Assembly (NCBI GenBank): GCA_951406725.2
Contig: OX597827.1
Location: 8,866,001 to 8,930,000, forward strand
Direction: 5' to 3'
Length of the DNA stretch: 64,000 nt
Origin: Octopus vulgaris
Lineage: Eukaryota
In this document: one piece after another, positions 13,833-27,900 of the stretch
Layout of the letters: each line of letters starts with the position of its first letter
Position numbering within the stretch: position 1 is the stretch's first letter
The notes under the pieces: model-generated
Told to the model about the DNA's origin: nothing
What the model saw: the letters and a program-made list of their open reading frames with translations, nothing else
The model's database searches: none
Translations under genes and position numbers: made by a program

Positions 13833-13833
<1 letters not shown>
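13425..13833 (+). mobile_element. SINE family A, diverged
   Basis: Colinear similarity to other A copies from head to tail. Confidence 0.8.
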
Positions 13834-13922
<89 letters not shown>

Positions 13923-14104
13923 TATATAAAAGCACCATATCGCCTGGCCCCGTGCCGGTGACACGTATATACTGTCTGGCATATATATACACTCGCGGAT
14001 AGGAAGGGCATCCAGCCGTAGAAACATACCAGATCTGACTGGGCCTGACGAATATCACAGACCCCATATATGCTAGCATGGAAAACGGACACTAAACGAT
14101 GATG

Positions 14105-14174
<70 letters not shown>

Positions 14175-14869
14175 GTAGACATACATATACATGTATGTAT
14201 GTATGTATGTAGGTATATAATATAGTTGGAGAACATTCTATAAGTGCTATATATACAAGATGAATTAAGAAATCCATACAGTACAGTTTGTGTTGAACAA
14301 TTTAAATAATTTATTTCACTTTCAACAGCAAATTGTCTGTATAGCTAATATTTGGACATAGAATGTCTCAGATATAGCGTTGCTAAATCACGGAATCATC
14401 AGTATTTCTTTGGATTTATCTCTGTAGTGAATGATTGTGACATTGTGCCAACTATGCATGGAAGAAAGAAATTCAATGGGCACCTGTATCTGTGTAACTT
14501 CCCAATAGTATATCCAGAGCATTCTACACCAAAATGTCAGCTATATACATAGATAGACAATTTGTTATGTGTGAATTAAATTGTATGATACAATACTGAA
14601 TAGATTTTGTAATTCATTTTCCATATACATGCACTTATAGATACATTGTCATGCATATTCGATGACACAGCGTACACTATATAGATGAATAAATACATTG
14701 CAAGACCATATCATGAGCCACGTTCTATGTTATTTTTGACAGGCTTTAACCACAAGGGAGAACATGTTGCTCTAACCGGCAAAAGATATCAATTCTAACC
14801 TTGTTGACTTTCAGTCAGTCCTTTGTGATACAATTAGAAACATCCATGCTCCCTCAGTCAAATTGTGAA

Positions 14870-15285
14870 TATGTATGTATGTATATATGTATGTATGTAT
14901 GTATGCATGTATGTGTGTGTGTATGTGTGTATGTATGTATATGTATGTATGTGTGCGTGCGTGCGTGCGTGTGTGTGTATGTATGTATGTATGTATGTAT
15001 GTATGTATGTGTGCGTGTGTGTGTGTGTATGTATGTATGTATGTATGTATGTATGTATGATGTATGTATGTATGTATGTATGTATGTATGTGTGTGTATG
15101 TATGTATGTATGTATGTATGTATGTATGTATGTATGTACGTATGTATGTATGTATGTATGTATGTATGTGTGTGTGTATGTATGTATGTATGTATGTATG
15201 TATGTATATGTATGTATGTATGTGTGTATGTATGTATGTATATATGTATGTATGTGTATGTCTGTGTGTGTATGTGTGTGTGTGA
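14870..15285. repeat. (GTAT)n/(GT)n microsatellite
   Basis: Direct reading. Confidence 0.95.
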
Positions 15286-15944
15286 GCTGATTTCTAGAAT
15301 AAATTAGTGGATGATGTAAAGTTGGTAATTAATGTGGAAATTACATAACACCCTGCACAGTATATGAATTAATTAATACTTTATAAGAATATATTTCCAG
15401 CCTTTTACACTAATTGTCTCATACACTAATTGCTTCATCTATTAATTCCCAAATCTACACCAACGGATGAATTTTTTTTTTGTCCTAGTATTGAAAACAT
15501 GTATGCATGCACATGCACTCACATGCACAAAATGCACGCAACACTCATCCGCACGAGTACATACAATCGTGCACATCTACATATGCAGACACACTTGTGC
15601 ATACACACATCCACATCCACATACAATACACAAGAACACAGACACACACATACACATACACTCATACACATGCCTTGTAATGATCCTTTATAAAAATCTA
15701 ACAATGGGACTGAATTCCCTCCAGTTTTTTTGCTAAGCTTTCATATCCACACCACACCCTTACATCGCACTCCTCTGTATATATGCAATCAAATCACTTA
15801 TGCCGTGTACAATTACAACAAAGAAGCACATAAAAGACAACATACTAAAAAATCATTGGTGACATTCACTCTTTACATTTCTTTCACTCCACACATTGAC
15901 TGAAAAAACAGTTATTTCTGTTGTTGCTGCTGCTGCTGTTGTCT

Positions 15945-16416
15945 TCTTCCAATCAGGACTCACGCCATTGGCCACAAAGAGTAATCTCTAATTCGGGCCT
16001 ACTCTAAGCTACTAAGAATACATGTGGCAACTTGAAGTTCCACCAACCACACGTGATAGACTGGCGGTTGCATGGGCGTGAAAACTACGTTGTTATCCTC
16101 ATTCTGTAAATGGTGGCTTTTAACGGGTGGAGAGCCTTACCATCCTGGGGTACAGAGGCTTCGCAATCTAGACTAGGGTCTGAAAGTTTACCACACCATA
16201 GTGGGTTACAACATGGTTCCTCTGTTTTGTGGCAGAAGTAGGAAGAAAGAGTGAGAGAAAGTTGTGGTGAAAGAGTACAGCGGGGTTCACCACCATCTCG
16301 TGGAGCTGAGGTGTTTTTGCTCAATAAACACTCACAATGCCCGGTCTGGGAATCGAAACTGTGTTCTCACGACCATGAGTCTGCTGCCCTAACCACTGGG
16401 CCATTGTGCCTCCACT
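15945..16416 (-). mobile_element. SINE family C head with alternative 3' tail
   Basis: 16225-16416 matches the head of the 10754 copy; downstream body is unrelated and ends in a CAG/CAA-type repeat. Confidence 0.65.
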
Positions 16417-17597
16417 GCTACTGTTGTTGTTGTAGTTTAGTCTTAGGACAGCCACATCCTCACTGCCCATGCAGATTTTTGATCAAAACCTCTCCAGTCA
16501 AGACTAAGCAGTGATACTGTATGTCAGGGACGGCGCTGTCCAATGCACCTTTTATCTAAAGACAATACAATGTGATTTGATGTACGCCTGGCAAAATGCT
16601 TAGAATTATTCTATCTGCCTTCATGTGTTAAGTTAAAATTTTGCTGAGGCTGACTTTACCTTTTATCATTTTGTGCTCAATAAATTAAATACCAGTTAAG
16701 TATTGGGGCTGATCTAATCTACTTACATCACCCTCAAATTTACTGGGCCTTGTACCAAAATTTCAAATCAATATAATGTGATTTAAGGAAAATTTAGTTG
16801 CTATTTCTACAAGGTTGACAAACCTTATAGAGGCTCCCTTGTTGGTACATGATATCATAGTTATCAATGAATAGTGAATAGAGCTACCTCGATGATCATT
16901 CCTCTTGATATTCAATGCCAATTTCTATTCGTCTTTATATTCTCGCTGAAGAGACTAAAAGGCCACGTCATCCATTTTTAACATTTAACATAAAAATTTG
17001 CAGCCCTATTAATAATTATTATTTCTGTCCATTAAGACAGCAAGCTGGCGGAATTATTAGCACACCAGGTAAAATGCTTAGTGTCATATCATCTGCCTAT
17101 ACATTCTGAGTTCAAATTCTGCTGAGATCGACTTTGCCTTTCATCCATTCAGGGTCAATAAATTAAGTACAAGTTGAGGCCTCTTCCTCAAAAATTGCTC
17201 ATTTTGTACCAAAATTTTAACCCAATAATAGTTTAGGCATATTTAGCAAAATATTTAATTTACTTATTATTAAACTTGTTTTTGGAAAATAACTTACCAA
17301 AAGATTCATGTATATACTTGTGATAGAAGATTTTAATCTAAATTTTGAAAAATTAAAAGCATTTTGTAATTTTGCCTCATAGAAAGAGATGAGTTCATAG
17401 ATGGGTTGGCATCAAAAAGATTGAGATATTTCCATTCCTTAAGACAAAATGTTGTTAAAAAGAATGTGGAATTTCAGTTGTGTGTGTTTCTACATATGTA
17501 TTCATTATCATCATCATGATCATGATCATCATCATCATTATCATCGTCATTGTCATCATCATTATCATCATCATTATCATCATCATCATCATTGTCC

Positions 17598-17792
17598 CCC
17601 TGGCACCTGTGCAGGTGGCACGTAAAAAGCACCCACAACAATCGCGGAGTGGTTGGCGTTAGGAAGGGCATCCAGCTGTAGAAACTCTGCCAGATCAGAC
17701 TGGAGCCTGGTGCAGCCCCTGGCTTCCCAGACCCCGGTCGGACCGTCCAACCCGTGCTAGCGTGGAAAACGGACGTTAAACGATGATGATGA
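17598..17792 (+). mobile_element. Family D retroposon (GAT-tailed), within a (CAT)n field
   Basis: GTGGCACGTAAAAAGCACC...AGGAAGGGCATCCAGCTGTAGAAAC...GGACGTTAAAC(GAT)n; more than 10 related copies in the window. Confidence 0.85.
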
Positions 17793-17831
17793 TCATCATC
17801 ATCATCATCATCATCATTATCATCATCATCG

Positions 17832-17865
<34 letters not shown>

Positions 17866-18232
17866 TATCCTCATCATCGTCATTGTCATGATCATCATCA
17901 CCATTATCATCGTCATCATCATCATCATCGTCATCATCATCATCTTATTTTTAATGTTCACATTTCTGAACTTACATGACTCAGATGGAATTCATGGAAT
18001 CAGAATTTTCTACCGAAGGATGGCAACCTTCCCTGGTACCATCCTTCACATGTGTCTTAGTAAGATAATATTTCTTTATGGCCAGACATGATTGCATAGC
18101 AAAATCAGAAACAAAGAACACCGTTCGTATGACAGTGATAATCTTTTATATCTATTATGTATTGTCAAGTTGTGTATTATTACTTGGTTTAAGAAGGGAC
18201 AAAATTAAGATAATCATCCTTTAGTTATGATT

Positions 18233-18850
18233 TACATCACCATCATCATCATCATCATTTAGCGTCCGCTTTCCATGCTAGCATGGGTTGGACGGGTCAG
18301 CTGGGGTCTGTGAAGATGGAAGGCTTCGTCAGGCCCAGTCAGATCTGGCAGTGTTTCTACGGCTGGATGCCCTTCCTAACGCCAACTACTCCGCGAGTGT
18401 AGTGGGTGTTTTTTACGTGCCACCTGCACAGGTGCCAGACAGAGCTGGCGAACGGCCACGAACGGATGGTGCTTTATGTGTCACCGGCACGGGGCCAGGC
18501 ATGCTGGCAACGGCCACGAACGGATGGTGCTTTTACGTGTCACCGGCACGGGGCCAGGCGATGCTGGCAACGGACACGAACGGATGGTGCTTTTACGTGT
18601 CACCGGCACGGGGCCAGGCGATGCTGGCAATGGACACGAACGGATGGTGCTTTTACGTGCCACCGACACGGGGCCAGACAGAGCTGGCAAACGGCCACGA
18701 ACGGACGGTGCTTTTACGTGTCACCGGCACGGGGGCCAGCCGAGGCTGGCAACGGATGGTGCTTTTACGTGCCACCGACACGGGGCCAGACAGAGCTGGC
18801 AAACGGCCACGAATGGACGGTGCTTTTACGTGTCACCGGCACGGGGCCAA
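18233..18850 (-). mobile_element. Family D retroposon with tandemly amplified ~60-bp hairpin module
   Basis: Tail at 18233-18420, then about 7 units of GGTGCTTTTACGTG(T/C)CACCG(G/A)CACGGGGCCAG plus variable linker. Confidence 0.85.
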
Positions 18851-19194
18851 CATAATAAATATATACAGCACAATATATACACCAAGACAAGGAACATATC
18901 AATATATTATTTAGAATAGAAAATAAGAAATACATAAGGTAAAAACAGATGTGGAAAGGATAAATAAAGAGTGATAAATCGATTGAAAATCAGAAGATTA
19001 AAAATGTCGAATTAAGAATTAAAAGTTATAAGATACATCAACGGCAGTGAGAGATCTTAATGATTCCATGCGACTGGAATATAAATCCGTTTTTATTTTA
19101 GTAAGTACATATATTTTCCTTTATTTTTGTTTTGTGGACAATAGTGAGTTCAAAGACCCAACCTTTGTGCTTTACTATTTAAGGTCCTGATTCA

Positions 19195-19425
19195 CCTGAA
19201 TCCTGGGTCTTTCAAAATGTGACCTCGTGTGTACCGTTGGCGATTTTTTTCCCTCTGTCTTCCCTTCTCTGGATCTTTCCTTCTCCTATGTTTCCGACAA
19301 AGAGCTCCACTCGAAACGTTAAACCCTCCTTCTTCTCTTCTTTCCTGAGCATCCAATAATACTATATTTGTTCCACGTCCCCGCGTTGTTGTGTTTTTTT
19401 GTGTTTTCTTGTTTGGATTAACTAT
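19195..19425 (+). mobile_element. Penelope-like terminal-repeat fragment with degenerate hammerhead motif
   Basis: GTTT-CCGACAA-A-GAG(CTCCA)CTC-GAAA-CG-TT-AAAC at 19290-19324, followed by a pyrimidine-rich tract. Confidence 0.55.
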
Positions 19426-19430
19426 ATATA

Positions 19431-19461
<31 letters not shown>

Positions 19462-20290
19462 CATACAACTGGTACTTATCTGGAGCAACAAGAACCACAA
19501 GCCCAGTAGTTATGATACATGATTTGTAGGGAGTAACTTTCTTTTAAATGAGAAACTAAAGAGCTGAAGGGCTTCATCTGTTTATAAACTAACTGCATTG
19601 GTAGTGAAGCTCTGATTCAGGGGTTCCAGGCTTTTGAAGAATGTGGTATCGACTTTTAGCTATTGGTATTTCCAAGTCTACTCTGAACCAGAATGGTACC
19701 ATCTGTCAGGGTCTCAGCTATGAATTAATTCGCATGTCATAGGACTGTCTCTGAAAGAAGGTCATTGATACACACACACATGCATGAATGTACGCACATA
19801 TGCACACATATACACAGACACACACTCACACGTGCACACACACATACACACACATATATATGTATGTAATGATGATATATATATATAAGAAGAATGGAAA
19901 TAAAAACATTTTGGTTTGTTTGTCCTCTGTCAATTGAAAAATGAGAATATAAGCAGGAAAGAGAGAACACCACAGAAGAGAAAAAAGAAATATCTTGTGA
20001 AACTAAATTCATGTGAAGTTTGTTGAAGTGACATACAAAGACAGGAATAACGAAATGGATGTATATAAGGGGAAAATAGTTTTCTTCTAGCTAAGAGAGC
20101 ACATTCATCACATCTATGATACCAACCCACTATCTCTTTAATTCTCATTTCCCTCCTGGACACTCCCACTTTTGTTTACTATGGATATCATGTAGATTTG
20201 GTAGATAGAAACTGAAGCCTGTTGCATATATATATATATCTATGATTATGCTTGTATGTGTGTATTTGTGCATGTGGGTATGTATGTATA

Positions 20291-20323
<33 letters not shown>

Positions 20324-20529
20324 CACATATATATAAACACACAGATACACACACACATATATATATACCCACACAGATACACACACACATATATATGTGT
20401 ATATATGTATATGCCTACATATATATGTATATATATATGTGTGTGTGTGTGTGTGTGAGTGTGTGTATGTATATACATACACCCATAAATACATACATGA
20501 GATGATATATATATATATATATATATATA

Positions 20530-20990
20530 CAAGGGTTGGACAAAATAATGGCAACACCTTTAAATTTCAAACAGATTTATTTTAATATGGGGTAGGACCG
20601 CCTTTGGCAGTAATTACAGCTTGAATTCTATGAGGTATGGACTCGTACAAAGTTTGAATTGTTTCCAAAGGAATTTTTATCAATTCTTCAGCTAAAACAG
20701 TCTCCTGTTCTTGTAGTGATGATGGTGGAGGATATCAACTCCTTACTTTTTTTTCTAAAATGCACCATAAATGTTCAATAATATTTAGATCTGGGCACTG
20801 TGGTGGCCAGATAAGATGTTCAACTTCACTAGAATATTCCTCGTGCCTTTTAGTAACAACTTCAGCTGTTTGAATTGGTGCATTATCATCCTCAAAGATT
20901 AAGTTTCCCTCCAGAAACAGTTGCACAGCCATAGGCTGAATTTGATCAGATAAAATGCTTAAATAGTCTTGACTATTAATTCTGCCATGA
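20530..20990 (-). mobile_element. Truncated Tc1-family transposon (3' end)
   Basis: TA|CAAGGGTTGGACAAAATAATGGCAACACC terminus; IFEDDNAPIQT and WPPQCPDLNIIEHLW (Tc1 DD34E C-terminal motif). Confidence 0.88.
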
Positions 20991-21311
20991 AGGGTGACAC
21001 GTACAAAGCACCCACTATACTCTCAGAGTGGTTGGCGTTAGGAAGGGCATCTGTCTGTAGAAACCTTGCCAAATCAGATTGGAGCCAGCTTGCCAGTTCT
21101 CAGTCAAATTGTTCAACCCATGGAAAGCGGATGTTAAATGATGACAACAATAGTGATGATGATAGCTAGCTAGCTAGATAGATAGATAGATAGATAGTTA
21201 CATCTATACATACATACATGCATATTTATACACACATACATATATGCATACATATGTATATTCAAGCATAAAGACATACATTTTTATGTATATAAATATG
21301 TGTGTTTGTAC

Positions 21312-21357
<46 letters not shown>

Positions 21358-21702
21358 TAAACTGTGAGAGAGGGGGAGTGAGAGAGAGAGAGAGAAAGAG
21401 TGTGTCTGTGTAAGGAGGAAAAAGAAAGAAAGGGAGAAGCACGAATAGCACAGCAGTAAATTTCTAAAGCCTGCCATGAAATGGATCAACTGAAAATTGA
21501 TGTACATTATAAAACTTAGGAAAATGACAGAGGAGATTTAGCAAATAGAAAAACCGGGAAACTGTAGGACAATGAATTGATATGATGTAGTGGATCTTAT
21601 CAGGAATGCGTATTCTTTACCTGACTCTATCATAAATAAGAGAGAAAAGACCAAGTTATGAAGCAAATGAAGAAACAATATTTTCTTTGAGAAATATCCT
21701 TA

Positions 21703-21769
<67 letters not shown>

Positions 21770-22622
21770 CATATATATATGTATGTATGTATTTAAAGAA
21801 GAAACATGAAATTAGCTTATTTTAATATATTTTATTTCAAATTTCTCAAGCAGTTATGAGATGTTTAACTTCTTGCAGGATGTTATACATTTAATATATT
21901 CAAATATAAGACAACTCCATATAATTTTTTAAAAAATAAATTGGCAGGAGTGCAATGTCATTATATAAAAATTTTTATTATATTCAAAAGAATATTTACA
22001 CATAGTTATATAAAAATCATATTTTCTATAAAATAAGATATAAAATGAAGGGACAATTTTCAAAACAGAATTGATAAAAGAAAAATTAATAAATAAACAT
22101 ATCACTTCATATTCAAGCATAAATCGTATTTTCATGGTGCCAAATTGACATTTTCAACGACATTGTAATCTGCCATCAAGCTATATTCAAGAGGCAAATA
22201 TATGTAGCATTATCTGACTTGTATTATACTAAGTGTATGCTTTAATGAGTGGTTTATGAAAAAGATGGAAGTGATGGTGGTGGTTGTGGAGGTGAGAAAT
22301 GGAATGATAGTCAAAAATTAAAAAAGATATACTACCTTATTTAATTGTTTTTCTTTGATGTTATACTTCCCTTATTTAGTTGTTTTTCTTTGATATTGAT
22401 AATAAACATTAGAAACAACTCCAGTAAAAGATGACATTTTTTTGTAAGCAGTTTTTATATGACAGTAGAGCTGACGTACAACTGACATATAGAGCTAGAT
22501 AATGTGTTAGTAGACTTGATACTTAGAGCTCACTAATGTATCAATTGAATTGACCCACAGAACTAATATATCAGAGCAGTAGAGTTGATGTATAGTTAAT
22601 ATGTGACAGTTGAATTGACATA

Positions 22623-23755
22623 CAGAGCAAGCTAACATATCAATAGAACTGACATATAGAGCAAGCTAACGTATCAATAGAACTGACATATAGAGCAAGC
22701 TAACATATCAATAGAACTGACATATAGAGCAAGCTAACATATCAATAGAACTGACATATAGAGCAAGCTAACATATCAATAGAACTGACATATAGAGCAA
22801 GCTAACATATCAATAGAACTGACATATAGAGCAAGCTAACATATCAATAGAACTGACATATAGAGCAAGCTAACATATCAATAGAACTGACATATAGAGC
22901 AAGCTAACGTATCAATAGAACTGACATATAGAGCAAGCTAACATATCAATAGAACTGACATATAGAGCAAGCTAACGTATCAATAGAACTGACATATAGA
23001 GCAAGCTAACATATCAATAGAACTGACATATAGAGCAAGCTAACATATCAATAGAACTGACATATAGAGCAAGCTAACATATCAATAGAACTGACATATA
23101 GAGCAAGCTAACATATCAATAGAACTGACATATAGAGCAAGCTAACATATCAATAGAACTGACATATAGAGCAAGCTAACGTATCAATAGAACTGACATA
23201 TAGAGCAAGCTAACATATCAATAGAACTGACATATAGAGCAAGCTAACATATCAATAGAACTGACATATAGAGCAAGCTAACATATCAATAGAACTGACA
23301 TATAGATCAAGCTAACATATCAATAGAACTGACATATAGAGCAAGCTAACATATCAATAGAACTGACATATAGAGCAAGCTAACATATCAATGGAACAGA
23401 CATATAGAGCAAGCTAACATATCAATAGAACTGACATATAGAGCAAGCTAACATATCAATAGAACTGACATATAGAGCAAGCTAACATATCAATAGAACT
23501 GACATATAGAGCAAGCTAACATATCAATAGAACTGACATATAGAGCAAGCTAACATATCAATAGAACTGACATATAGAGCAAGCTAACATATCAATAGAA
23601 CTGACATATAGAGCAAGCTAACATATCAATAGAACTGACATATAGAGCAAGCTAACATATCAATAGAACTGACAAATAGAGCAAGCTAACATATCAATAG
23701 AACTGACATATAGAGCAAGCTAACATATCAATAGAACTGACATATAGAGCAAGCT
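22623..23755. repeat. 34-bp minisatellite, about 33 near-identical copies with degenerate flanks
   Basis: Unit TAGAGCAAGCTAACATATCAATAGAACTGACATA (starts at 22691 and 22725 give a period of 34). Confidence 0.97.
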
Positions 23756-26700
23756 GGTGTATCCATAGAACTAACATATAGATTTAGATAATGTAACAAT
23801 AGAACTGATCCATAGAACTGCAGGGTTGACAAACAGAATTAATATATAACTGTAGAAGAACATAGAGAACTAGTAAACATATCAGCAAGGGTGACATATA
23901 AAGTTAGATAATGTATAAGTAGAAATGACATATGGAGCTTATATGTCAGAAGAATTAATGTATATAGCTAATATGCTAGTAAAAAAGACAATAGACTTAG
24001 AAAATATGCTAAATAGAAGTGACTTTACACGATATATTAGTATATCTGACATAATACGTTAGCTTGCATATTGGTAGAACTATATACACATGTTGAGCTA
24101 GCTAAGAAGTCTATCAGTATTACAGACATAGTTAGACAATATGTTAGTTTTTAATTTATTTTTATTAGCATAGTCATTTTGTTGAAGACTAGGAGATTAG
24201 GTTTGTACATTTTAAACTTGTTATCGTTCACTTGTGTCATATTTCTGGTAATAACACTTGATAATTCTTCATCAGGACACACTTTATCGATAGTTAGACC
24301 AAGTAAAGTGTGACATGAATGAGATTTTTGGCTGATACTTCTAGCATATCAAATGGCCGCAAAAGTATTCTCTCATTAGCTTTACATATAAATGTAATTT
24401 AATCTACATAAGGTAAACAAATTGGCAGAATTATCAGTAGTGGTTAGGATGGCTTATAATATTTGCTCCAGACTCCTGTATTCTCAGTTCAAATCCTGAT
24501 AAAGTCAACTTAGCTTTTCATTCTTTCAGGGTCAATAAATAAAGTACCAGTCCTCTACTAGAGTCAGTTCTCTCTCTTATTCTCTCTTTGGAATACAATT
24601 ATAATTCAAGAGATCAGTTTCATTTTGATTCAGCCTAAGAATTGCATTAAGAATTGCCTGTGGAATACTCAGCCATAAAATGCATTGATTTCATGAGTAT
24701 CAGTACAGTTGATAAGACAACAAAACACTTCTTATCAAATCAAGTGATATCCATTTATCAAAGAAAGTGTTTTATGTTACAAAGCTTATAACTTCCATTG
24801 AAATTAATCCATGTGGTTGATTATTTACGGAAAATTCTAATATAGATATTTTAAATCCGAGTTTACATAAATGAAATGTTTTTGTCTGTTTGTGTGTGTG
24901 TATAAGACTATTTATACAGCTGGATAGTATTCCTGCTGTTAATCATTAAATCATAAATAAGGTGTAGTGCAGATTTCCACATTCTTAGAGAAACTGGAGC
25001 AAACAGAGTGAGATGCTATGCCAGCAGAGTGTAAGATCCTGATAGGGCATCCCATGCTGAACAGGTCACAGAACAGAAGCCAGACTAAAATGTACAGCCT
25101 GCTTCCAGAGGTAAAAATGTGTTTGCATAGGGGCCAAGACCCCAACCTAGAAAAAGCAAAATTACAGAAGCATCAATGACAGTTCAAAACCAACATGATG
25201 TGGGAGAGGACAGCTCAGAACCGAACCAAGAACAGTGAAGAAAAGTCATCAAAGGCCTATTCTCTGTAGGGAGTAAAGGGCTTAATTAAGTAAAGTAATG
25301 TAGTTGCTTTGTTAAGTGGTTCATTAGCCAATTCGTGCATGCTGTTTCAAGATGCATTAGATTTATTAAACTAAGGTTTGTTTAATTGTACAGAAATTAT
25401 GAGACCATCCTCAAGGCTGGAAAAGGTTAAAGCTTCCATGTATGTTTTCTTTTATATACTTTTATTGACTTCTGTCGTTGGACATTTGCCATACTGGAGC
25501 ATCACTTCAAATACTTTATGCAAAATTTTTAATGCTGAGGTAATTAAATTTTCATCATTTATTTAGCATTTTTCAGTTTTAAGACAATTATCAGAGTTTA
25601 TAATCATTCACACAGATTTTTTATTTTTTATTTTTGGCTTTTATGTGTTTATAGAAAATGCTACTAACCTGTGGTTTATTTGGTATTACATATTCCTTCC
25701 TCCTTCCCTCAAGTGTGTATATACATATGTGCCTACGTATATGTATATGTATGTGTATTTATGTGACTTTACTGTATTGTGTTTGTATTTGTGATTGCAT
25801 ATGTATCTGCATGTGTGTGTGTGTGTGTGTGTGTGAGTAATTTTGCACATGTGGTTTTAAGAGTGGCATTTTAGCAGTGTTTGGAGCACAGAGATATGCA
25901 TGCAGTTTGGTGCACTCCTTGAAAAGGTGGTGCTGTAGGAGAAGATTAATTTGGTATGTTGGAGGGAAACACAGATTACTTAAGTAGAAGTCCAACTAGC
26001 TAGTTTGGAAGAACTAATTGTTTTACAGGACAGAAAAGGAAGTTTAGGACAAGTCAGAGGTTTAGGACAAGTCAGAAGTTTAGGACAAGTCAGAAGTTTA
26101 GACAATGGTAGAGATGTGACAGACAGTAATGATCAGTCAAATGATATGAATTTTTTCTTGATTTTTGTTTTCCATTTTTTTTAAATCTAGAATCGGTGAT
26201 GTTGGTGTCAGGAGGATGCACTTTTCTAAAGAAACTGTTCATAGTAAAATTGTTTATTTTTAAAAAAATGTTATTTTAAAAAGTAATGTAATCCTTCTTG
26301 AATGAATGTTAACCACACTGAGAAGTTTCTTGGGGATGGTTAGTCCAGCATTTAAAGCATGGTAGTGTCCTCTATCTGGGAAGTGATCCTAAGATAATGA
26401 AGTCTGCAGCAGACATTTTTTTTCTTTTGAGTTTGCATTTTCAAGTTGTTAACTACACTTTGATAGACAGGTGGGATCTATCTAGTAGGGATGATATGAA
26501 AAAGATAAAGAGCATTGAATGTTAGTTTTCACAGAAACCAAAAAAATGAAATTGGATGAAACAGAAACCAAATTATTTATACAAAGAAGAGAAATAATGA
26601 GAGAAATAAAAAAAGAGATAGGAGAGCTATGATGGATGTTAGGGTTGATAGATGGTAATCACAAATGCATCATCAACACAGGGGCTGAAATGAAGTGTTC

Positions 26701-26841
26701 TGCGAAAGATCTCTTTATCTAAATGATATATGAACAGTATTATATATAAAATGATACACGGGGAACACAAAATTATTGAGAATAAATCTAAATGTGATAC
26801 ATGGGTAATAATATATATCAAATGATATATGGTTAGTAATA

Positions 26842-26982
26842 TAAGGTTGTCCCAAAAGTTCGTAAACACTTGCGAAAATTGAATTTTTACTCGCCAAGTA
26901 CTAACAAAAGCAACAAAAATTATTCCTCAAAATAAAGACCATTATTTTCCAAGACTTTCTACGAACTTTTGGGACAACCTTA
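26842..26982. mobile_element. 141-bp Tc1/mariner-type MITE
   Basis: TIRs TAAGGTTGTCCCAAAAGTTCGTA / TACGAACTTTTGGGACAACCTTA with TA flanks. Confidence 0.9.
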
Positions 26983-27220
26983 TATATATATATTATAAGA
27001 TACATGAACACCATAAAAATATAGAGAGACTATCTAAAAATTTTGAAAGCATCTAAAGGGACTTCAAACCATTTTGTTTTTGTTAGAGAATATAAAGCTA
27101 CAGTAGAATATCTGTGACAACCATGCTATTGGGCAATGAAGAATGGAACATATTCTTACTCGTTTTGAGATATGATGACTTTTATAATGTTTGAAGGAAA
27201 TACATATAAGCGCATATATA

Positions 27221-27628
27221 GGCGCAGGAGTGGCTGTGTGGTAAGTAGCTTGCTAACCAACCACATGGTTCTGGGTTCAGTCCCACTGCGTGGCATCTTG
27301 GGCAAGTGTCTTCTGCTATAGCCCCGGGCCGACCAATGCCTTGTGAGTGGATTTGGTAGTCGGAAACTGAAAGAAGCCGTCGTATATATGTATGTATATA
27401 TATGTGTATGTGTATGTTTGTGTGTCTGTATTTGTTCCCCCAACATCGCTTGACAACCAATGCTGGTGTGTTTACATCACCGTAACTTAGCGGTTCAGCA
27501 AAAGAGACCAATAGAATAAGTACTAGGCTTACAAAGAATAAGTCCTGGGGTTGATTTGCTCGACTAAAAGTGGTGCTCCAGCATAGCCACAGTCAAATGA
27601 CTGAAATAAGTAAAAGAATAAAAGAGTA
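27221..27628 (+). mobile_element. SINE family A, full length
   Basis: Same head, body and tail as other A copies. Confidence 0.9.
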
Positions 27629-27900
27629 ACTACCAAGAAGTGTGGAGAGACTGTCAGAAATTTTCTGTGATTTGTGTATCTTTAGTTCTCATTACAACTT
27701 ATATCTAGTACTCAGATTTGACATGTTTTCTGAAACAGCTGTTATCACAAAAATATAGCTAAGGGTATGTGGCAATGCTTTTATGGGGGTAGCACTTTTA
27801 GGTCTGCTAGGGCTTTGGTGGGGGAACGGCTGCAAACTGAAGAACAGTCCCACAGTCTAGCTATGCCACTGAATTATCATACATAGATCTCTTTACTTAA

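Noticed and set aside
18400-18850. CRISPR-like repeat-spacer array, and the 208/149/147-aa ORFs over it
   Set aside because: Linkers are homologous to each other rather than foreign spacers; ORFs are open in several frames because the GC-rich unit lacks stops.
22623-23755. CRISPR array
   Set aside because: The 34-bp units are contiguous with no unique spacers; no cas genes; eukaryotic context.
24950-26500. Additional LINE fragments or exons (also 28640-28900)
   Set aside because: Faint RTE/LINE-like look but too degraded to assign or bound by eye.
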